A DNA stretch of 64,000 nucleotides, taken from Octopus sinensis. Lineage: Eukaryota. Where the stretch lies: contig NC_043000.1 in the NCBI RefSeq assembly GCF_006345805.1, positions 68,758,001-68,822,000 of the forward strand. Direction: 5' to 3'. Numbering within the stretch: position 1 is the stretch's first letter; each line of letters begins with the position of its first letter. The translations under genes and the position numbers were made by a program. This document shows positions 36,942 through 49,735 of the stretch, in pieces. Under the pieces are notes generated by a model. That model did not search any database. It was not told the DNA's origin and saw nothing but the letters and a program-made list of their open reading frames with translations.

Positions 36942-38841
36942 ACATCGTGCTCAACCGACCAGCCCAGATCAATGAGGAAGCCATCGCACGACTCCCCCAG
37001 ATGCCGACAAACCATGAGCTGGCTGTTCCCCCTGCAGTCAAGGAAGTGAGCAGAGCCATCAAAAAAATGTCCACCGGCAAAGCTCCAGGCTTTGACGCCA
37101 TCCCTGCAGAGGTGTTCAAGTCAGGTGGCCCCACCATGATCAGTCAGCTCACCAGCCTGTTCCAGTCGATGTGGGACAGGGAACAACTCCTTCAAGATTT
37201 CCGGGACGCAACAATCGTCTACATTTATAAGTGGAAAGGAGATTGGCAGTCCTGCGACAACCACCGAGAAATCTCCCTCTTGTCCATAGCAGGCAAGATC
37301 CTGGCCCGATTCCTGCTTGACCGCCTTCTGGAACACTTGGAGCAAGGCCTTCTCCCTGAGAGCCAGTGTGGCTTTTGTGCGGGTCGAGGGACCACTGACA
37401 TGATATTCGCCGCCCACCAGCTCCAGGAGAAATGCATGGAGCAGCACCTTGACCTCTGCATGACCTTTGTTGACCTCACCAGGGCTTTCGATACAGTCAG
37501 GAGGGAGGGACTCTGGAAGGTCGTGGGAAAATTTGGTTGCCCCAGCAAATTTATTGCAATTGTCCGCCAGTCCCACGACGGAATGACAGCCAGAGTCCTT
37601 GAAGACGGCAACTCATCTGAAGCCTTCCAGGTGACCAACGGAGTCAGGCAGGGCTGTGTCCTGGCCCCAACACTGTTCAGCATCATGTTCTCGGCAATGC
37701 TGTCCGACACCTTCAGGGACTGCAAGTCCAGTATCGACATCAAGTACAGGACGGATGGGAAACTTTTCAACTCCAGAAGATTGCAGGTCGTCACAAAGGT
37801 AAGGGAGACAACGTCAGAGACTTTCTCTTTGCTGACGACTGCGCCCTTAATGAAATCGATGAGCAGGAGATGCAGCTCGGGATGGACAGGTTCTCATCAG
37901 CCTGTGAAAACTTCGGTCTTACCATCAGTGCCAAGAAAACCAAGTGATTTTTTCAGCCAGCCCCCGGCAAATAATACCATGAGCCTCAGATAAAGGTGAA
38001 TGGACGGATCCTACGAGCGGTTGAAAACTTCACCTACCTGGGTAGCACTCTCTCCTGCAATGCCAACATAGATGCTGAAATCATCAACAGAATCTCCAAG
38101 GCAAGCAGCGCGTTTGGGAGACTGCGAAAGAAAGTCTGGGAGCGGAGAGGAATCAGCCTCAACACCAAGCTGAAAGTCTACCGGGCAGTTGTGCTTACCA
38201 CCCTACTATACGGCTGCGAGATGTGGACTGCTTACCGAAGGCACGAGTGCCAGATAAACCACTTCCACTTCAGGTGTCTTCGGAACCTCCTTCACATCCG
38301 CTGGTAGGACAAAGTCCCAGACACGGAAGTTCTGAAGCAGGCAGATCTCCCTAGCACCATCACGATCATGCGCAAGGCCCAGCTGAGATGGGCAGGCCAC
38401 GTCTCCCACATGTCCAACACTCGCATCCCAAAACAGCTCTTCTACGGTGAACTCAGCCAGGGCAAACGCAAAGTCAGAGGGCAGAAGAAGCGCTTCAAGG
38501 ACAGTCTCAAAGTCTCTCTCAAAGACTTCTCCATCGGCACAGAGACTTGGGAGACACTTGCTGCCGACCGCTCATCCTGGCGCAGCGTAATCACCACAGG
38601 AGCAAAGACAGCCGAGGAGAGACGGATTCAGTCAGCAGAACAGAAACGCCAGATGCGGAAAGCCAGAGCCACCTGCACCAATAGCACAGCCCCTACCCAC
38701 TTCTGCCCCACCTGTGGGAGGGGCTTTCTTGCCCGGATTGACCTCACCAGCCACCTCCGGTCTCACAGCAGCAATTCCACCAAATGATGTCAATGGTCAT
38801 CTTCGAAGTCGAAGGACGAACATTCATTCATTCATTCATTC
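36942..38841 (+). mobile_element. RTE (BovB-like) LINE, 5'-truncated, 14-bp TSD, (CATT)n tail
   Basis: KAPG.D, LPESQCGF, FVDLTRAFD, NGVRQGCVLAP, LFADD (frameshifted), YLGS, C2H2 finger CPTC...HLRSH; TSD atttaacagattca at 36928-36941 and 38842-38855. Confidence 0.95.
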
Positions 38842-39094
38842 ATTTAACAGATTCATATTAATAAAGCAGAGTCTGTTTGATATTTATTAATCCACTTAAA
38901 CTATATCGTACCATGTATTAAGTATAATGCTTATAGATGAAAAGTAAATAACTGATTTTATTTTGCAGATAAGGGTTCAAATTAATTACTCCTAAAGAGT
39001 ATGATTAATTTTTATTAATCCTTTTAAAAGATACCCCTTTTAACACACCATATGCAAAAACAGGGTTTGTTTACTCAATACAGTGTATGATAAC

Positions 39095-39314
39095 CTTTTA
39101 TCTTTTACTTGTTTCAGTTATTTGACTGTGACCATGCTGGGGCCCCACCTTGAAAGGTGTTTTAGTTGAACCAATTGACCCCAGGACTTGTTTTTTTAAA
39201 CCTAGTACTTATTCTATCAGTCTTTTTTGCCAAACTGCTTAGTCATGGGGACATAAACACACCAACACCAGTTGTCCAGCAGTGGTGGGGAACAAACACA
39301 AGACACAAAAACAC

Positions 39315-39351
<37 letters not shown>

Positions 39352-39885
39352 GGCGCAGCAGTGGCTGTGTGGTAAGTAGCTTGCTTCCCAACAATATGGT
39401 TCCAGGTTCAGTCCCACTACACGGCACCTTAAGCAAGTGTCTTCTACTATAGCCTCAGACTGACCAAAGCCTTGTGAGTGGATTTGGTAGACAGAAACTG
39501 AAAGAAGCCTGTCAGGTCAGTGTTTGTCTTTCCAGCATTGACAACCAATGTTGGTGTGATTAAGTCACCGTGACTTAGCAGTTCGGCAAAAACAGACCAA
39601 TAGAATAAGTACTAGGCTTACAAAGAATAAGTCCTGGGATTGATTTGTTTGACTAAATGTCGTGCTCCAGCATGGCCGCATTCAAATGACTGAAACAAAG
39701 AAAAGAATAAAAAGAAAGAAATGAATATGTTGGGCTTCTTTCAGTTTCCATCTACCAAATCCACTCACAAGGCTTTGGTTGGCTCGAGTCTTTAGTAGAA
39801 GACACTTGCCAAACGTGCCATGTCATGGGACGCAATCTGGAACTATGTGGTTGGGAAGCAAGCTTCTTTCCACACTGCTATACCT
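39095..39885. mobile_element. Cluster of three family A SINE pieces (-, +, -)
   Basis: 39095-39315 (-), 39351-39720 (+, full length with A/B-box-like head), 39730-39885 (-). Confidence 0.85.
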
Positions 39886-41096
39886 GCATCTTTGCATGAT
39901 ATTGCACAATAATTCTGGATTTCTGGAAATTTCGGATTTTTTGAAGCATGGTAACAGGTCCTGTACAGTATTTGAAAGTAATAAAGTAACAAAGCTATGT
40001 AATATTCACATTACTTATTCCAGTGAGCTGTACCTTCTCATAGCACAGGCTGGTGAACCTGGCCACTGAAAGTGACTTGAAATGTGTTTTAAGACAGGAG
40101 GTATGATATACAGGCTGTCAGCTCTCCTACATAGACAGAAAGAACTAAAGAAACATATATCCTCTCCTTCACACTGAAACCATATTAGTCACTCACTGAG
40201 CTACATTTACAAAAAAAGAATTAGTAAACCATGAAAGATTGCCAAATACAGAGCAGGGTTGTTTTTTTTATGCTTTTTTGTTTTGTTTTTTAAGTTATAG
40301 TAATAGATTACAAGCATCTTGAATGTCTGCTAATAGAATTGTATGAGAGATTTGAAAGCAGTGATATATTAAGTAAGTGTGTAGGAGAAAATGAAAACCA
40401 TTGAGTTGGCATCAAAAAAGCTAGATATATTGAAATGGAATGTTGAAGTAACAATATATTATGGTGAATTATTGGTGTGTTATTATTTTATGTACTGAAT
40501 TCTTGAAAATAAACAGACTGAAGAGAAATGAGAGATGTTGCTAAAGAGTGGATATGTTATTGAAATTTTTATAACCATGAAAGTTTTTATAGACAGGCAT
40601 AAGCTATAATATAAATAGACAACCAATGGTAATGCAATAATTGAAAGATTATAACAATCCTTTTTGTCTCACACTCCACTTAGATTTTTAAAAAGAACAT
40701 GCACCTTTCCAAGTACATAACATAATTATATTCAAAAGAAGTTTGATTAAAACTTTATTGTAAGTTTTAATCACTTGTTACTTCCACCCCATTCTGAAGT
40801 AGCCTAAACCCATCAGTAAGGTGTTTACCCCACTTTGAGAAACACTGGATTTGTAATAAACTTGTCTCCACCAATAGTAAAGTATATTTGAAAATCTATT
40901 TGAAAACTGTTGCAAAAATATTTTAAGATTCAAACTGAAATTTCTATTCTTAAAAAAAAAAAAAAAAGAGATCTAATAATGTTTCTATTGTTTCTCCATT
41001 TTCCATTCTTTGTTTTTTATAATTCCAAACTATATCCCAACTTACAGCATCACACTCTCAAACTGTCAGTGATATTATATATATATATATATATAT

Positions 41097-42355
41097 ATCA
41101 ATAAATGGTGGGGTTGTGTTGACCGCACATGGAGAAATGATAAGCAAGGAAAAATTGTAAAAAGGCAGAATGCTAAATTGAAAGAAAATTTTAATGAAAA
41201 TGGGTGTATGGAAAATTTTTTGGAAAAATTGGTAAAATATATATATATTAATTCAAACCGGTTTTCGTCATAATGTGACTTTTCAAGAATTGTAAAGAAA
41301 AGAAATTTTTTTAAGTGTGAGGAGGTGGAAAAAAAGAAAATTACATTGTTTTTTGCAAAAAAATAATAAATATATATAAAAATTAAAAAATAGGTACTCC
41401 GATACATTGTAAAGTCTTTGTGTATCTTGAGTTTAATGATTGTTCACGAAAAAATTACCTTGAAGTATTGAGATCCAATGGGATTAAATCCATGTGTTGT
41501 TTAATTTAATTAAGGGTGTCTCTTAAGTGCATGGCAAAACAGGAAATAGTAGTAGTAGTAGTCCAGTTCCTGTGTTGTGAATAAGGGGAGACAACTCTAT
41601 GGGTTTTAAGCTCTTCAATTTGTGTTTATCAATTTTTTGTAATAAAGGGTGTTAATAAACCTTAAATTATAAGATTATCATTTTAGCTTCATTTGCATTA
41701 TCTTTTTTATATAATTGTTTGCTAATTTAGCATTCAGATTTTAACACTTTATTTATATTGTTTTCTAATTATATAAATTTGCATAAACCAATTTATAATT
41801 ACATTTCAGATTGTTATGTCATATATAATAAAAATAATAATAATAATAATAACAACAATAATAATAATGATATTTAAAGAATATAAGTTTTAGCTTGAGG
41901 TGATGACTGCATGGTATCCTTATATATTTGTGTTAGTCCATCCATGAAGAATGAGGTAGAAAAAAGAAGTATGATCAACAAGGAGTTTGCATATTAAGAT
42001 GCGTTTTGAATTTTCAATAAAGAGATTCTTCTTGTTAATTCTCTCCTGTGTGGTGATTCCGTCTTCACATTGGTAGAAGGGGAATATGTAGAATTTGGGA
42101 TTTCTGTCTTTAGCGCATGAGTCTATGTGGTCACTCAGTGGGATTTGCCGGTATTCCGGGAGATTTATTTGTTCTTTATGCACCGCTACTCTTTTACGTA
42201 ACGGGAGGCTCGTTTGTCCAACATAATTATGTTGGCAACCAGCGCATGTGAGAACGTAGATAAGGTTCTCGGAGGAACAGGAGAAGTTGGTCTTGATTTT
42301 AAACTTCGTTCCTTGTTTGAAGATAAATTCAGAGCCTTCAAGTAGGAAGGGGCGC
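41097..42355 (-). mobile_element. Penelope-like element, 3' part (GIY-YIG + pLTR), same family as 3273-5803
   Basis: NLIYVLTCAGCQHNYVGQT; same terminus atcaataaatggtggggttgtgttgaccgcac; abuts (TA)n. Confidence 0.92.
41250..41291 (-). ncRNA. Minimal type I hammerhead ribozyme motif (U3-A8 core variant)
   Basis: Minus strand: aattc-TTGAAAA-gtca-catta-tgac-GAA-aaccggtt-t-gaatt. Confidence 0.75.
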
Positions 42356-42379
42356 CCCTTCATCTTGTATTCATCTTGG

Positions 42380-43110
42380 CTTAGGAAAAATGACTAAATT
42401 GTGGGGATTAAGCTCCCCTTTTAGGGGTCTTAATACCCACCTAAGAAGTTGAAATTTTTTGAATATTGCATCCACCCTTGTGCATAGAATATAATTTCCA
42501 ATAAAGACCCATTCAGTACTTTTGACCATGTTTTGGATCATAAAAAATGACTAAAATTTGGGAGTTAAGGCCCTCATTAGGGGGTCTTGGAATCCTCATG
42601 AGAAGTGGAAACTTTGGGAATACTTCTTGATTTGTGTCAATTACCTATGGTTGAAATTTCATCAGCATCAGAAATTTATGAATTTTCATGGGCATTCTGC
42701 CCCCTTTAAGCCCCCTCAAATTCAAACCAAATGTACTGCATTATACCCGCACTTATGCATTGAATCTAACTTCCAACTATCATAAGGATCCATTCAATAA
42801 TTTTGGTTCATGAAAAATTGGTGTTAAGCCCACATCAGGGGGTCTTAGAATCATCCAAAGAAATGGAAGTTTTGGGTATATTTTTAAATTTATTTCTAAT
42901 ACCTATGGTTCAAATTTCATCAAAATCCGAAGCATATGAATTTTCACAGGGGGTTCTGTCCCACCACTCTTTATGCCCCCTCAAAATTGTATGAACCATG
43001 CAGCATTACCCTTCTCCTTAGGCTTGGATTTTGTATTCCAAATTTCATTAGGATCAGTCCAGTAGTTTTCGAGTCTATAAGTAACACATGAACACACATA
43101 AAGACATTGA

Positions 43111-43120
<10 letters not shown>
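42380..43120 (-). mobile_element. Non-autonomous Helitron-like element with ~250 bp internal diverged repeats
   Basis: Minus-strand start tatataaaagtcaatgtc...aaaactactggactgatcctaatgaaatttgg; repeated block acctatggtt.aaatttcatca at ~42643 and ~42901. Confidence 0.55.
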
Positions 43121-43157
<37 letters not shown>

Positions 43158-44738
43158 ACACTGACATACATAAGATGCCTAGATAGATAATTATTATTTA
43201 TATATTATTATTTATTTATTATTATTTATGCACACACAGAATAGAGAAGGGGGTGAAAGACCTCCTTCTCTCTTTCTTATTTACTGAAAAACACTGCATC
43301 TCACTTCCTACTTGCAACCTATTTTTTATCAATTGTTAACCTTCAATTGCACCAAAAAGAAAAGGTTTTACTTGTACTTAATCTTTACTTCATTTTACTT
43401 CAAGAGATTTCCATAGGCTCTGGTTACAGATCTTCCTTTTTGAACAATAAAGAGAAGTATTAAAAAACCACAAGTCATTATTCTGGATTTTGTTTTTATT
43501 CATCTACTTTTGTTACCTGTAAGTGTCACTGAATCAGCTATAATCATCAGCTCTGTAAAACAGGATTAGCTAATTAAACATTTAGTACTGACCCTTTTAA
43601 CACACTATACCATCTTTAGCTTTGTATTTCATCACTTATATTATACTTTTTGCTCACTGAAGACTGAGTCTTCATATATGCCACATTCCTAGGGGAAAAT
43701 CTTTCCTTTCAAGTTCTCCTTTCACTGTAGCTAAGCCTTGTAGAACAAAATAATGCTTTTTGTACTTGAATATAATACCATTGCAAGTGGAAGGTTTCAA
43801 CCATTTTGACTGACTTACTGTACACACTTCTGTTACATATTTTGATTATGAAGAAAAGTATTCAGAATTGAAAGCCATCAAACCTCTTATTATTTATATT
43901 GTCTAGTATTTTTTTTTCTGGTTTTAAAACATCTGCCAACATTTATCTCTATAAATTGATAATCAAAAAAAGGTACTGACCAGTTATTTTCAATTAATCT
44001 AATTTCCTGGTCCCATCTGATGCTTTTTATTAACATTCTTTATAGCCAATTAGTTACTACAGTACCAGCTATACTTCTGCTGATAAAACCTAATAGTCCA
44101 GAAATCTTCAGGGTTTTCTTCTCCATTTACTGGATCCTCATCAAACAGCTGTGCTACCTAAGTCCAAGTATATTTTTCTAATCACCACAGTTAACCATAC
44201 TGTGGTTATTTCTGGTGTTGAAAGTATGGGAAATAATCAAACTACATTTTCTTCTATAATTGCATGTTAGTTGTTTGATACCTCTGATATTTTAAAAAGT
44301 TATTTCATATTCTCATGTTTCAATTAATGATCAAAGCTATTACAACTTGTTTGAGACATTTAAACGTTTACATAAGAATTTTTATTAGGTTGCTGGTTTT
44401 CTCTAATTAATACTTGGTAATCAAAACAGTCATACTACACAAATCTCATCTTCCATGATTGTCTGCAGAGTTTAGGTGATAGGTGATATCTTACATGTTT
44501 CTCCTATATATACAATTTTGTAATTCCTATTAGCAAATGAAACACATGTAATGGTGAATAATTAATACCAAATATCTTTTCCAATCTTCTGTTTTGACAT
44601 GTAATTACTCTGCAAATACTATTATTCAGTATTTTTCAACTCTTATGCAGGCTTCACACTATTACGATATCTATATACACATTTGGAGTACTGGATTTTG
44701 CAGATGTACTTCATGAGGACACTGCATTGATTATAACC

Positions 44739-45162
44739 CTGGCACAGAAGCCAGTTAACTGCCAGAGCAGCTAACTGGCTTCTGTGCCAGTGGCATATAA
44801 AAAGCACTATTCGAGCATGATCGTTACCAGCATTGCCTTACTGGCGCTTGTACTGGTGGCACGTGAAAAAACATTCAAGCCAGGTTGTTGCCAGTGTCGC
44901 TGGACTACCTCTTGTGCAGGTGGCACATAAAAAACACTATTTGAGCGTGGCCATTGCCAGTAACACCTGACTGGTCCTCGTGCCGCTGGCATGTAAAAGC
45001 ACCCACTACACTCTCAAAGTGGTTGGCATTAGGAAGGGCATCCAGCTGTAGAAACTCTGCCAGATCAAGATTGGAGCCTGGTGCAGCCATCTGGTTCGCC
45101 AGTCTCAGTCAAATCATCCAACCCATGCTAGCATGGAAAGCAGACGTTAAACAATGATGATT
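44739..45162 (+). mobile_element. RTE 3' UTR copy (CpG-decayed) with 5' inverted duplication
   Basis: ggca(c/t)(g/a)taaaaagcac units and (GAT)n end; hairpin at 44739-44790. Confidence 0.85.
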
Positions 45163-45208
45163 ATATATATATATATAAATATAGATAGATAGAGAGAGAG
45201 AGAGGCAG

Positions 45209-45666
45209 GCAGATAAACAAATTAGATATATTAAATATAACAATTTGGGCATGAAATACACAATATTATATATGAATACATGCAAATCAAGAGAAAGCAA
45301 AAAGTGAAGAACTTCTCTGCCTTAAGATCTGAAATGTAAAGTCTTTTCTTCCCTGATGACAGAGGCTCATCTTATCCAATGTTGATTGCTTCCATTATGG
45401 CTGCATATTGTGGTGAACTACATCTACCAATATTATTATGGATCTCTGAGCCCCCAGAAACACTTGTTGGACTTATAACACCTTTCTTCCTTCCCTTTAA
45501 CTTTCTTTGTGATTTGTACTTTGTGTAAATTAGATCTATTGATATAAATATATATACTTAAATATTCATCGTCTGAAGGTCTCCTGTTTTGCATGTATAC
45601 ATATAAACATATTTTGTATTTCATACTCAGACTGTTATATTTAATATATCTAATTTGTTTATCTGC
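45209..45666. repeat. Inverted repeat with ~85 bp arms (45209-45294 / 45580-45666)
   Basis: gcagataaacaaattagatatattaaatataaca and its exact reverse complement, with continuing imperfect match. Confidence 0.85.
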
Positions 45667-45821
45667 ACAGTTGCCTCTATATCTGCTCAACATGATCCCT
45701 CTTATAGCCATTCTTCACCCCACTGGAATTGATCCCTAGTAAAGACATCGAAGTCTAAGTTTGAATCATTTGAGCTCTACTAAGTGTCTTCTTTACTGAG
45801 GATCTCTGGGTCTCATCTGTG

Positions 45822-45907
<86 letters not shown>

Positions 45908-47452
45908 AGTCATGTGCTTCCAAGTTTGATTCCACTTTGAGTAAAATCCATTTCATTATGCAAGGATATTCTTATGGTTCACTGTACCTGTTTAGGAATG
46001 TTAGACTTAAACTTTCTTTCAGTTTAATGCCACCACTTAGCACTTGGGTGCCTTTGGCAGGGTCTGCTTTGTTGCAAGCATTCAGACCAGTTCTCCAGTC
46101 TAAAACTAACCCTTGAATCCTGGTTTCTTTCTCCCTTTCTTCACCACAGTTTCAGCCACTCTAAAAATCTTATGAGCACTGCCTTTCCTCCTTTGACTAG
46201 GACATGGAAATTTTTACAAAGGTTGATTATTCAAATTTTGTTACCAGCACTGAGCTGTCTTTACTGAAGATAGTATTTAGTAGCTCAGTTCACCAAACTG
46301 CAAATACATACTACATGGAAGCACATTTTAAAGCCTTAAGCAATGACAGCACTGTGTAACTGGTAAATGTTTCTATTAATTTGCAATGTTGAGTTCAAAT
46401 ATACCCATGGTCAAAACAAGAATTAGACTAGTGTTCCTGTCCAGGAGGAGAAAGACCTAACATAAACTCCAACATACCTCACCTACTTCAGATAAAATAT
46501 TAGGTTCTATCAACCAGCATTGCTGCTTCCTTGAACACCCCAACCTGACTCCAACCCCATCCCAACAATTAATATATGAACTACCACTTGGCATATTTCT
46601 GTTTCTCAGAAAATATATTTATCAATCACTACTACATGTTTAACTAACATTATTTGATTCACCAGCTTTTCTGAAAACTCTATACAACATATAATTATGG
46701 GATAATATGAATTATAAATTTATAATCTTCCAGTTATTACTAACTATATAATATGTACAGTCATGCTGAATAACTTCTTCCTTGTGTGTATGTGTGTATA
46801 TATATATGTGTGTGTGTATATATATATATATGTGTGTATGTGTGTGTGTGACATAGGACAGACCAGAACAAATAAGGTAGTGAAAAAATACATTAAATAT
46901 AAATAAATGTTTTGCATTTATAATCTTTGACTGTCCTATCACTGCTGAATTATTCATTGTGTGTGTATGTGTAATAAACTATACTTTGTGTTGACCTAAG
47001 TCCAGTCATATACAGCTATGGCAGAAGAGAAGAAAGGCATGAACGTAGCCTGACTGTAATGTCAATGAAATCAGAGGGTTAAAGCTAGTTTGTTCAGTGT
47101 AGTTAATATTTGCTTAGAGATGATATATGTAGAGACTATAAATCCTCAAGTATATTGGACATATAGACGAAAGATTGGACATGCCCTTTAGTAAAAATTT
47201 ACTGGGAAAGAATTATGGAAGTGTTTGAAAGAAATAGATTAAAGGATTTTGTTAAACTCAGAGAAGCAATAGCTATGATAATAAATATAGATGATAAGAA
47301 GGAACATGTGTTAAAAGAAAGAAAATATCAAAGCTTATTTGTAGTATTTGTAATTGAAATAGATAGCTTTCACAGGAAATATATTCAAGAATGTCAGTAA
47401 CAAAATAGATATATTGCATAATTTTAGGGAAAAAAAATATTATGAACTAAAT

Positions 47453-49735
47453 AGGCACAGGAGTGGCTATGTGGTAAGAAGCTTGTGGTTTGCAGCAGAC
47501 AAAAGTTGTTACTGAAAGAGGCTCTACTGTAAGGTAAGACATTTTGCTTTTTGGGTCCAGTGGGGTTCGTTGTTTGTGAAATTTATTTTTTGTACAAGCA
47601 AGGAGTCCTCACTGGATTCTGGGCTTTGGTCTGCCTGTGGTAGAGCAGTTTGTTTTTCTCACTTAATTGTGAGAATTGCTGTTTGGAGGAGTATTCTGCC
47701 TCCAAACTTACTTTGAGAATAGTGTTGTTCTCAATTAAATTGTTCCTGTTGAAGAATAACTTTGTGAAATATTTTTGGAATAACTTTTCAACAACTGTGA
47801 GAAGCTGTGTTCCAGTTTCAAGTGAAGGCCGGGAGTACCGTGTGGCCTAAAAATTTTTTGCTGTGTATTGAATTGTTGCTTTCTTCTATCTTTCATTTTG
47901 GAACCCTTTATTTGAGCTGTTTATTTTTCTTCTTCCTTTTTGTTGGAACTTTCTTTCTTTTTCTCTCAAATTATTTGAATTTTATGAACTGTCTTTGGAC
48001 GTTTTAATTAAACATGGCAAAGAACAATGAAAGACTTGTGTTGCTATTTGACACCACTGAAGAGGCTTTCAAGGGCAGGGAAATTTTGTTTCTTCCCACT
48101 TATTATGGGAAGAAGTTGACGAGGGCTTGGGCCTGTGGTTTGCCACTCGGAATTGAGCCCGAGTGGATAGAGGATACTATCTGCTGGGGTCTGGGTGGCA
48201 GCAGTACCAAGCTACTCAATGTGAACATTCTGCCTGTGGCTGATTGGGAGGGGTCAAAAGCTGTTTTGACCCTATGGACCGAATCATCCGAAAATCTGGT
48301 ATTTCCAGATTTTTTAAGAATGGCCAGGTCTATGTATTCGGTGATGCTTGAGCCCCCCCCTCCCCCAAGTGTCACCTGTGCCTGGAGCCAGGCCATATCA
48401 AAAAGAACTGCCCTAAGGACCAAAATAAGGTCCTGGAGGAGTTGATAAAAATACCACTCCCTGCTCCCTCGTTGGAGGAAGAGAGGGAGGAAGTTGAGAT
48501 GGAAACCGCCTCGAAAAAAGGTAAAAAACGAAAAGTGGGCAACCATTGTTGCTCACCGAAGGCTGCGGGAGGAAGGCAGGATCTGCTGGACAAAGTGGAG
48601 GAACACCACCCTCCCGTGGCTCATGGGAAAAAAAAAAGAAAAACGGGACATTGCCAGCTGTTTGTGATACACTGCCGGCATGTCCCAAAGTACCTTCCAT
48701 GGGAGTTGTGTCACCGAAGGTAGAAACTATAGATCCCTCCCATGCTGTGGAGGAGGAGTTTGTGGTCCTCTTCCATAAGGAAGGGACAATAGAAAACTTC
48801 ATCAAGAACTTTAAAGAGAAAAGCCGAAGGGAAGGGATTCTGTCCTGCACGGAGGACCCTGACTGGCCTTTGCAGGTGGCTGCGGAGGTCATATGGGAAA
48901 CGGATCTGTGCAGCATAATGAACTCCTTCCCGGCGGACACTTTTAATTTTGTATTAAAGCGGCCTGACTTGACACCGTCCAGGTGTCTGACAAAGGCAAG
49001 AAGTCTAGTCAGGCAGGAAGATGTGTAATTAATTAAAGTAAGAGGCTTGGTGCCTCATTTGTATTGTTTGATTGATTTTTGACTTGTGTAAGGGGTTTAC
49101 TGCCTCACAATGGCTTTCTTGTTCTAAATGTAAAAGGTTTATTGCCTCCTTGATGTTTTACTATGTAAGAAGTTTGTTGCCTCAATATGATACTTATAAA
49201 GAATAATGTGCTCGGGTAAACAACAATTGGCGGGCGTTGCTGTTGCCCTCATTATTATCATATCGTCTATCATTTCATCTCATTATGTCCTTGTACAGCC
49301 CAGTTTCCTTTCTTTGTAAGGCCTTTATGGCCACTTTAATGAATAAAAGAAGCTTGCTTCCCAACCACATCATTCTGAGTTCAGTCCCATTGCGTGGCAC
49401 CTTGGGCAAGTGTCTTCTACTGTAGCCTCGGGCTGACCAAAGCCTTATGAGTGGATTTGGTTGACAGAAACTGAAAGAAGCCCATCATATATATAATATA
49501 TATATATATGTGTGTGTGTGTGTATTTGTGTGTCTGTGTTTGTTCCCCCAACTTGACAACCAATGTTGGTGTGTTTATGTCCCTTTAACTTAGTGGTTCA
49601 GCAAAAGAGACTGATAAATTAAGTACTGGGCTTACAAAGAATAAGTCCTGGGGTCGATTTATTCGACTAAAGGCTGTGTTCCAGCATGACCATAGTCAAA
49701 TGACTGAAACAAGTAAAAGAATAAAAGAATAAAGG
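47453..49735 (+). mobile_element. Family A SINE interrupted in its tRNA-like head
   Basis: Head aggcacaggagtggctatgtggtaagaagcttg (47453-47485) resumes at 49347 as aagaagcttgcttcccaaccac... Confidence 0.9.
47486..49346 (+). mobile_element. ORF1-only (HAL1-like) Tx1/L1-related retroelement, second family, with 10-bp TSD
   Basis: ORF from 48014 with frameshifts to ~49028; knuckle CHLCLEPGHIKKNC; ends AATAAA; TSD aagaagcttg at 47476-47485 and 49347-49356; no RT. Confidence 0.82.

Noticed and set aside
39351-39425. tRNA gene
   Set aside because: A/B-box-like head continues into a SINE body and recurs in several copies; no clean cloverleaf.
43400-44600. Purine-skewed stretches that may be very old transposase or LINE remains (also ~40300-40640, 47050-47400, 50300-50700, 62850-63740)
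   Set aside because: No diagnostic motif recognised; would need a translated HMM search.
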